A DNA stretch of 23,124 nt, taken from NCBI GenBank assembly GCA_041178085.1, contig JBEGVZ010000107.1:1-23124 (forward strand), written 5' to 3'. A program made the position numbers and the translations under genes. The stretch is from Pseudomonadota bacterium (GTDB lineage: Bacteria > Bdellovibrionota_B > Oligoflexia > Oligoflexales > RGVZ01). Shown piece after piece: positions 16,803 through 23,124 of this stretch (positions within the stretch are counted from its first letter, which is position 1; every line of letters begins with the position of its first letter). Below the pieces are notes generated by a model. The model searched no databases and had not been told where the DNA came from. It saw only the letters and a program-made list of their open reading frames with translations.

Positions 16803-16823
16803 ATCGGGCATCAGGGGATTGGC

Positions 16824-18128
16824 ATGGCGGCAGCTGGCGGGACGAAAAAAATTCTGGATTTTTCAAACGATGGGGTGCGTGCATCGCTGTGCATGGCGTT
16901 CGCAGCGTTCTTTCTACTCGCCGGATACGAGTTCATCCGCAGTTCTGCCAGCGCGCTTTTTCTGCAGGATTTTGGCAAGGACGCCATACCCGTTGCGACC
17001 CTCTACATGCCGTTCGCCGTGGTTGCGTTTCTCTATATTTATGGACGGATGCTGGGGCGCTGGGGTGCCAAATGGACTTTGGTGGCAACGACACTTGGTT
17101 CAGGTGGCCTCATTGCGTTGGGATTCGTACTGCACAAAAGCGGCGTCCGCCTTGCCTCTGCGGTGCTCTATGTGTTGCGCGAGGCATATGTCGTCCTGAT
17201 CATTGAGCAGTACTGGTCCTACATAAACAGCAAGGTTTCCAGGGACGTTGCGCGACGACTGAACGGTCCAGTGTGCGGCATTTCCTCGCTTGGGGCGATT
17301 GCTGGCGGACTGATTACGGCAAAGGTCGTCGGCAGCATTGGCACGGTGAACATGCTGGCTTTTGCGGCGCTCGCTTGTTTGCCTGCTGCAGTTTTTTCGT
17401 GGCTCGCGTTCCGGATCGGTGGCGACCCGCGCGGCCAGACTCACGAGGCCCGTCCGGTCGGGCACCCGGGCAAGGCAAACTGGATGGATGTGGTTGGCCT
17501 GTCGCTGTTACGGCGTGAACCGGTTCTGGCCTGGATCATGGCGATCGTGTTGACCACCCAGGTGGTCGCTGCGATGACAGATTTTGCCTTTCAAGGTGCT
17601 CTGAATGATGCCATTTCCTCGACGGATGATCGCACTGCATACCTGGGCGGATTTTTTGCCCGGCTCAACATCTTCGCGCTGGCCTTGCAATTCGTTTTGG
17701 CCCCTGTGTTGCTTTCTTGGTTTCGTTACGAGTGGATCAACATCGCGATCCCGGCCGTGCAGTTGATCACTTGCGCAGCAGCGGTCATGGAGCCATCCCT
17801 TGCCAGCACCGGGATTGCCTTCATGACTTTCAAGATGCTGGACTACTCCCTGTTCAGGGCGACCAAGGAGATTCTTTACATCCCCCTTAGTTTTGATGCA
17901 CGTTATCGATCGAAGGAGCTGATCGATGTGTTTGGCTACCGCTTTGGAAAGGGAGGCGCTGCCCTTGCCGTGACCGGAGCGATCAGCCTGGGTGCGGTGT
18001 TTACGTCGCAATGGTATGCGGCGCTTGCATTGGGAGCGGTGTCGTTTTGGCTGTTTCTGGTCACGCGCGCGATCGGTTTGTTTCGCCGGCATAACCAACC
18101 TATTGGTCCTGCTGGATCAGCAGGATGA
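16824..18128 (+). CDS. NTT/TLC-family (ATP/ADP translocase-like) nucleotide transporter, MFS fold
   Basis: Many TM helices; Y.FIR....ALF, WSYIN......ARRL, DYSLFRATKEILYIPL and RYRSKELIDVFGYRFGKGG motifs. Start placed at ATG 16824 (GGGGA upstream) because ATG 16794 lies inside the sigma54 promoter. Confidence 0.8.
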   Translation: MAAAGGTKKILDFSNDGVRASLCMAFAAFFLLAGYEFIRSSASALFLQDFGKDAIPVATLYMPFAVVAFLYIYGRMLGRWGAKWTLVATTLGSGGLIALGFVLHKSGVRLASAVLYVLREAYVVLIIEQYWSYINSKVSRDVARRLNGPVCGISSLGAIAGGLITAKVVGSIGTVNMLAFAALACLPAAVFSWLAFRIGGDPRGQTHEARPVGHPGKANWMDVVGLSLLRREPVLAWIMAIVLTTQVVAAMTDFAFQGALNDAISSTDDRTAYLGGFFARLNIFALALQFVLAPVLLSWFRYEWINIAIPAVQLITCAAAVMEPSLASTGIAFMTFKMLDYSLFRATKEILYIPLSFDARYRSKELIDVFGYRFGKGGAALAVTGAISLGAVFTSQWYAALALGAVSFWLFLVTRAIGLFRRHNQPIGPAGSAG

Positions 18129-18160
18129 AAATTGAACCAAGGACTTGATGAGGAGGTTCC

Positions 18161-19003
18161 ATGAAGTTCGTCAAATCGCAGGGTCTGTTCCGTCGCACCG
18201 CAGTTGTGCTCTTTGCTTTTGCCGGGATCGGCGCGGCATCGATTGCCATGGGCGCAGAGGATCCAACCGTTCGTATCACCACCAACATGGGGGTGATTGA
18301 GGCGAAACTATTTGCTTCGAAGGCACCCAAGACGGTTTCCAATTTCGTGGAGCTTGCTCGCAAGGGTTTCTATAACGGCATCGTTTTCCATCGCGTCATC
18401 CCGGATTTCATGGTGCAGACGGGTGATCCCAAAGGTGACGGTACCGGCGGACCAGGCTACAGTTTTGCGGACGAGATCGTCCCCGAATTGAAGCACGACA
18501 AGGCAGGTATCCTGTCCATGGCCAACTCCGGTCCGGACACGAATGGCTCACAGTTTTTCATCACGGTGAAACCGACCCCCCACCTGGATGGCCGCCACAC
18601 GGTCTTTGGGGAAGTCACCAAGGGCCTCGACAACGTTATTGCGATCTCCAAGGTGAAGACGGTAAATGACCGTCCAGAGCAGCCGATCAAGATGGAGAAG
18701 GTTGAAATTATTGGCGATTTCAAGTCCGTGACGGTTGCAAGAGTCAAGGAGATGTCGGAGGTCGAGTTGCGCAAGCTGGCGAAGGCCCCGGTGGACAAAC
18801 TGCTCAAAAAGATCGGTGAGGCGCAGGGCCTTGGCTCTTTCAAGAAGAGCGAGATCACCAACTCCATGAGCAAGGGTAACAAGGCAAAGATTGAATTCTC
18901 CGCGGAGTTCGAAAAAGCTCCCCGCGCCATGATCGTCGTCTTTGGCGAGCTCAAGGAAAGCGCCCTGGATGTGATGCAATTCTCGTTTGCCAAGTCCCGC
19001 TAA
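18161..19003 (+). CDS. Exported cyclophilin-type peptidyl-prolyl isomerase with a C-terminal extension
   Basis: AGGAGG RBS and signal peptide; [55 protein letters not shown] and [10 protein letters not shown] motifs. Confidence 0.95.
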   Translation: MKFVKSQGLFRRTAVVLFAFAGIGAASIAMGAEDPTVRITTNMGVIEAKLFASKAPKTVSNFVELARKGFYNGIVFHRVIPDFMVQTGDPKGDGTGGPGYSFADEIVPELKHDKAGILSMANSGPDTNGSQFFITVKPTPHLDGRHTVFGEVTKGLDNVIAISKVKTVNDRPEQPIKMEKVEIIGDFKSVTVARVKEMSEVELRKLAKAPVDKLLKKIGEAQGLGSFKKSEITNSMSKGNKAKIEFSAEFEKAPRAMIVVFGELKESALDVMQFSFAKSR

Positions 19004-19020
19004 AAATCCGCAATTGTGTT

Positions 19021-19050
19021 ATGATCCGGGAGAGATACCCGGATCATTTC
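19021..19050 (+). terminator. Stem-loop (terminator or mRNA-stabilising hairpin) after the cyclophilin gene
   Basis: Perfect 10-bp stem ATGATCCGGG / CCCGGATCAT with a 7-nt loop and only a short T tail. Confidence 0.55.
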
Positions 19051-19078
19051 ACTGGTCTTTGAGACCTGCGGAGGCAAC

Positions 19079-20362
19079 ATGCGCGCAGCCGTTCGTTTTC
19101 TTCCTGCCCTGATATCGATGCCCTTCGGGATCGTTGACTTGTCTTCTCAAGAGATGGACCGGTCTCCCTGGCTTGAAACCAGAAACAAAATTGTTCACGT
19201 CGAAGGCGACCACGCTGTCATCAAGAACGTCGATCACGTCAAGGTTGACGGTGGCAAGGCTTGGTACGTGGTAAATACGTCCAGATGGTTGGAACTGCCG
19301 CAATTTGTCCGGGAGAGCGGCATTATTGCTGGTCACGTGCCTGGAAAGTTTGCACTGGTGTTGCTCGATCCGTCATCTGCGGAACGGCTCGCTGCTGAAT
19401 TGCACGCCACCGGCATGGCTTGCGGCCTTCTAACCAGGCTGGGTGATGCCACCGTGGAAATGAAGACGATCGCGACGCCGGTGCCGGTGAAGCCGGTAGA
19501 GTCGGAACTTGAAGTTGTGCGCAAGCTCGCCGGTGCGGTTGATGCAGAACGGATCAAAACGACCATCAATGAGATGAGCGCAATCACGACGCGTTATTAC
19601 TCGACCCCGGACGGCGTCGGTGTTTCGGACTGGCTGGTGGGCAAATATCGTGAACTTGCCAGTGGGCGGGAAGATATCGAAATTGCAAAATACGACCATG
19701 CAGCCATGAGCTCGCGTCAGGCAAGCGTTGTTGTGCGTATTCGCGGCACCCGCTCGCCGGATGAGATTCTGGTTCTTGGCAGCCACATTGACAGTGTCAA
19801 CTGGAGTGACGGGACGCGCGAGCGTTCACCCGGTGTAGATGACAATGCAAGCGGGACAGCGACAAACCTCGAGATCTTCCGGGTATTGATGGCTAATGGG
19901 GCTCGTTTTGAGCGCACAGTGGAGATCCATGGTTACGCAGCAGAGGAGATCGGCCTTGTCGGTAGCCTGCATATCGCAAACGATTACAAGGCGGCGGGAA
20001 AACGTGTGGTGGCCATGATGCAGCAAGACATGAACCTCTACAAGCAGCCCGGGCAGCCGGACAAGATCTGGTTTGTCGAAGAAAACACCAACGCAGGGTT
20101 CAATGACCAGCTGGCAAAACTGGTAGATTCTTATGTCAAGGTAGCTTGGGAAAAAGGATCCCTGACATCGGGCTCAAGCGATCACGCCTCATGGACGCGC
20201 AGGGGCTATCCTGCGGCATTCCCGTTTGAGCATCCGGAAGAGTACAATCCGCATATTCACACTGCAGACGATACGACAGTCAATGCCAATGCGTTCAGCC
20301 AGTCGGCATCCTTCGGCAAACTAGGGATCGCCTATCTGGCACATTTCGCGGGAATCAACTGA
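19079..20362 (+). CDS. M28 family aminopeptidase (bacterial leucyl aminopeptidase type) with an N-terminal prodomain
   Basis: Zn-ligand motifs GSHIDS, PGVDDNASG, YAAEEIGLVGS, MQQDM, SDHASW...GYPAAFPFE and NPHIHT; GGAGG RBS. Confidence 0.92.
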   Translation: MRAAVRFLPALISMPFGIVDLSSQEMDRSPWLETRNKIVHVEGDHAVIKNVDHVKVDGGKAWYVVNTSRWLELPQFVRESGIIAGHVPGKFALVLLDPSSAERLAAELHATGMACGLLTRLGDATVEMKTIATPVPVKPVESELEVVRKLAGAVDAERIKTTINEMSAITTRYYSTPDGVGVSDWLVGKYRELASGREDIEIAKYDHAAMSSRQASVVVRIRGTRSPDEILVLGSHIDSVNWSDGTRERSPGVDDNASGTATNLEIFRVLMANGARFERTVEIHGYAAEEIGLVGSLHIANDYKAAGKRVVAMMQQDMNLYKQPGQPDKIWFVEENTNAGFNDQLAKLVDSYVKVAWEKGSLTSGSSDHASWTRRGYPAAFPFEHPEEYNPHIHTADDTTVNANAFSQSASFGKLGIAYLAHFAGIN

Positions 20363-20385
20363 ACCCGGGGAAGGGGATCTGAATC

Positions 20386-21324
20386 ATGGACGGGCAAAAA
20401 CCCCAAGAAGTCCAGAGGACAGTCCAGAGGGCAGTCCAGGCGGAAGTGGAGCGCGAATCCGACGGGATCGCGCGTGAATATTTCAGCCAGATGGGTGAAA
20501 AGGCGGCGCCAGCCGATCTTGGCTTCCGTGCAGAAGCGTTCCTCAAGGATGGTGCGCCGGGTGTCCAAGAAATTGAGCGAGTTCTGGTCACGGCATACGT
20601 GCCTGAAAGCTATCCCGATGGCATGATCGTCGACTTCCGTTCATCTTTCCGGAAGCATTTTGAGGAGCAAGGTTACACGGTTGTTTTTGGACCTGAGCCG
20701 CAGCCGGTAACTGCATCAGGGCCTTTGTTTGATTTGCGTGTGCGCAGATTGCCATTTCCTGGTGCACAGGCAGAGGACGGCGCGTCCTTGTCCGCCAGTT
20801 CCACTGGCGCGGAGGCTTCGCAGAAGAGTGCTCTGGTCAAGTTTTTCAATGGGAAGGTTGATGCCGGCGAATTGAAGCAAGTTCTGGCTCCTTACATCGA
20901 GCAGGCACAAGCTCCATTAAAGCTTCTCGACAAGACCGAAATGACGATGATTGCAGGCGCTGGTGCCGTGATCGCGATGATTTTGCTGTGCATGGTGGCG
21001 CTGGCACCCTTAAGGCTTCTCAAGCGCCGGCAACAGGCACAAATGCAGCACCGGCAATACCCGGCGACAGCGCGTGTTCGCGGTGCCTTACCTCCGGCCG
21101 GTGAACCTCCTTTGTTTAATTCGGGCTACCGGGAAATCCGCAAGCCGGCAGTGGACCCTGAAGTGGAGCGTATCCGGGCGAGGCTAGCCCAGATGGGTAT
21201 CAAGGAAGTGCTGGAAATCCTGCGCAACCTCGAACCCCGTTACCGGGACGAGGTCTTGCGTGGCTTGAATGTCCACAAGACGATCCGGACGAGAATTGAA
21301 AAGGCGTTGGGAACTGCGGATTGA
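20386..21324 (+). CDS. Hypothetical single-TM protein (weak FliF C-terminal-half resemblance)
   Basis: 312 aa ORF with a GGGGA RBS, one TM helix (MIAGAGAVIAMILLCMVALAPL) followed by RLLKRR, and a helical C-terminal domain. Confidence 0.75.
   Translation: MDGQKPQEVQRTVQRAVQAEVERESDGIAREYFSQMGEKAAPADLGFRAEAFLKDGAPGVQEIERVLVTAYVPESYPDGMIVDFRSSFRKHFEEQGYTVVFGPEPQPVTASGPLFDLRVRRLPFPGAQAEDGASLSASSTGAEASQKSALVKFFNGKVDAGELKQVLAPYIEQAQAPLKLLDKTEMTMIAGAGAVIAMILLCMVALAPLRLLKRRQQAQMQHRQYPATARVRGALPPAGEPPLFNSGYREIRKPAVDPEVERIRARLAQMGIKEVLEILRNLEPRYRDEVLRGLNVHKTIRTRIEKALGTAD
20409..20440 (+). repeat. 12-bp tandem repeat (about 2.7 copies) within the CDS
   Basis: AGTCCAGAGGAC AGTCCAGAGGGC AGTCCAGG, encoding VQRT VQRA VQA. 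Confidence 0.8.
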
Positions 21325-21350
21325 GTCCCCGGGCCTTCGTGGTCCTGAAT

Positions 21351-21379
21351 TTGATCTATATTCCTGTAAACATTAATAT
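21351..21379 (+). promoter_or_regulatory. Candidate sigma70-type promoter for the small lipoprotein gene
   Basis: TTGATC (21351-21356), a 17-nt spacer and TAATAT (21374-21379), within a markedly AT-rich intergenic patch. Confidence 0.5.
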
Positions 21380-21468
21380 TTTATGCTCATTCCGGACGGT
21401 GTTTTCGGGTGCATCTAAGGTTTCCCCGCAAATTGACCGACTGTTTTTGTGATTTAAAGGAGACTTTC

Positions 21469-22038
21469 ATGAAAGCGCTCATGCCGTTGATTCTAGTGTC
21501 GTCGCTGGCAGCATCTTGCGGTCCATGGGGTCGCAAGGGTTCGGATTCCTCATCGCAAACGGGAAGTTCGTCCGAGGACGCCAACGTAGTCGCCGCTTCT
21601 TTGACGGAGCACGAGAGGGCGTACTTGCTCATGGAAGCGCCAGCCGGATTGACTGCAAGTCTTGCCAATAATTTCGTTGCCAAGGCCAGCCCTGGGCAGA
21701 TTGAAGCATTGCGCCGTGCCGTGCAGGCAGACGGCAACAAGATTGTGATTCCCGCAGAATCTTATACTTACATGCCTGATCTTGCGGGAGCGGGTGGTTC
21801 TTCTGTCCAAGGTGCACCAGCCAGCACAACGGCCGTCGCTGCGACGTGTCCTGCCGGTGACAGCGCCAAGGCCATCAATTGTAGTTTCTTTAGTGACTCC
21901 GGATGCGGACGCGGGAAGATTGTTGGCAATGCCTGCGGCGAAGGTGACAAAGGCCGCTGTGAAGCGATGCCCAGCAGTCCGGTGATGGTTGGATGGTGGT
22001 GCAGTAGAAGCTATGTGGCTTGCGCTTGCCGCAATTGA
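21469..22038 (+). CDS. Small lipoprotein with a C-terminal 8-Cys domain
   Basis: AAGGAG RBS before in-frame ATG 21469 (preferred to 21409); MKALMPLILVSSLAASC lipoprotein-like signal; Ser-rich tether; C-terminal domain ending CAC. Confidence 0.82.
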   Translation: MKALMPLILVSSLAASCGPWGRKGSDSSSQTGSSSEDANVVAASLTEHERAYLLMEAPAGLTASLANNFVAKASPGQIEALRRAVQADGNKIVIPAESYTYMPDLAGAGGSSVQGAPASTTAVAATCPAGDSAKAINCSFFSDSGCGRGKIVGNACGEGDKGRCEAMPSSPVMVGWWCSRSYVACACRN

Positions 22039-22058
22039 CTAGCTGGATGCACCAAACA

Positions 22059-23124
22059 TCAAGGTAGTATTGCTTCATACCAGCTGATCCTGCCATCTTC
22101 AGGATCAGCGAACGTAGGATCCCACAAGGTCCCTGTCGATACAGCGTCCCAGTGAACCAGCCCGTCAATGCCGCTATCCAGGAGATGCTCTACGGCCATT
22201 TTATAGAGCGCGCCTGAAACATAGACATTCTGGAAGCCATGTCCGTCGTAGTATTGGGGCCACAAAAATGGAACGATTGGCTGCCGGAAAGATGCGCCGG
22301 CAAGCCGATGTGCTTCTGCGATCGAACGGCTGCGCGTTTGTTTCCACCTCAGCAAACCACGATCTGGATTGACCGGGTCGACTGGATTCGATGGTGGCGC
22401 ATGCATCTGGATTTCGGCGTCATTGGCACTGAGCGTTGCCCCATACACAAAGTAGGTCGAAGGCATGATCAGGTCGACATGCTCCCCAAGGATGCGCATC
22501 CGTTCGTCATTGATTGATTTGTAATTTACGACCGTTGGGTCATTGTCCGGTTTCAGCAGAGTCCAGTAATCAACGGCGGGCACGAATCCATAGAAGCCAA
22601 CAACCGCGCCGGGCCGTACTTCCCTGATCGCTGAAAGGATTTCTGCAATGGCGCCGGGATCAGACAGCTCCGGGCATAGATGGTGGTAATCGTCGATGTA
22701 GTAGATATTCTCCGGGTCATAATCGTTCAGGATCAGTTTAATCGTCTCAGTCACAGGCCGGAATGCGCAGTCATAAGCTCCCCGGTTGTAATTGTACTGA
22801 AGGAAGTACCACGCCGACCAACCGGCAATTTTGATGTCGAATCCTGCGGCGGAGAAGTCAGGTGATTTTGGTGCCGTTGGGGCTTTCGAGTACAGCGCAC
22901 GCAAAAAAAACGGGACGGAGTGCTTTTGAGATGAAAGCCCCAGCCTGATCACGGCCTTCACGTGACGCATGGATCTTGAAACGGCCAAGCCGAGCTCTTT
23001 TGCCTGTTGCGATTGCTGCTGGAAAAAATTTTCGACCTCGCCGTCCACGATCAGGTTACTCATGACGGTGGCGCCATCCTTGGTTGAATTGCTGTCAGCG
23101 GAATGTCGCAGTGCTTGAAAGAGC
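22059..23124 (-). CDS. Hypothetical protein with a GH56/hyaluronidase-like TIM-barrel region; probably 5'-partial
   Basis: IREVRPGAVVGFYGF, ND...LGEHVDLIMPSTY, PIVPFLWPQY and GIDGLVHW resemble GH56 barrel segments. The frame stays open from ATG 23063 to the window edge (LFQALRHSADSNSTKDGATVM), so the true start may lie outside. Confidence 0.6.
   Translation of the reverse strand, partial: LFQALRHSADSNSTKDGATVMSNLIVDGEVENFFQQQSQQAKELGLAVSRSMRHVKAVIRLGLSSQKHSVPFFLRALYSKAPTAPKSPDFSAAGFDIKIAGWSAWYFLQYNYNRGAYDCAFRPVTETIKLILNDYDPENIYYIDDYHHLCPELSDPGAIAEILSAIREVRPGAVVGFYGFVPAVDYWTLLKPDNDPTVVNYKSINDERMRILGEHVDLIMPSTYFVYGATLSANDAEIQMHAPPSNPVDPVNPDRGLLRWKQTRSRSIAEAHRLAGASFRQPIVPFLWPQYYDGHGFQNVYVSGALYKMAVEHLLDSGIDGLVHWDAVSTGTLWDPTFADPEDGRISWYEAILP

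Noticed and set aside
20409..20440. Tandem repeat as a CRISPR or phase-variation tract
   Set aside because: The unit is 12 bp with no spacers and is in frame, so copy changes would not shift the frame. No cas genes are present.
22902..22910. Homopolymer A run in the last CDS as a slippage or frameshift site
   Set aside because: The frame is intact through it (PFFL) and there is no sign of an alternative-frame product.

Overview
GC-rich bacterial chromosomal window with about 19 CDSs. No rRNA, tRNA, mobile element or CRISPR array was seen. Gene content (fused alpha/beta 2-oxoacid dehydrogenase E1, MutS2, many Cys-rich exported proteins, a sigma54 promoter) suggests a Bdellovibrionota/Oligoflexia or other former deltaproteobacterial host; this is inference only. 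Layout: (minus) xth - E1 alpha/beta - exported two-domain protein; (plus) 500+ aa Cys-rich lipoprotein; (minus) mutS2 - exported hypothetical - ABC-F; (plus) five overlapping genes pilD - GGDEF - acyl-CoA thioesterase - DUF4105/Lnb-like - membrane-anchored ECF-sigma-like protein; (minus) hsp20 with a perfect sigma54 promoter; (plus) NTT/TLC-like transporter - cyclophilin - M28 aminopeptidase - FliF-like orphan - small 8-Cys lipoprotein; (minus, probably 5'-truncated) GH56-like protein. The best candidates for something new are the lipoprotein at 4648-6198 (mirror-spaced Cys ladder forming a possible stalk and knob, plus a possible pore-forming hairpin), the ~120-nt rod-like RNA structure upstream of it, and the degenerate tail-anchored sigma-like protein ending the pilD operon. 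All family assignments come from motif recognition by eye; no searches were run.
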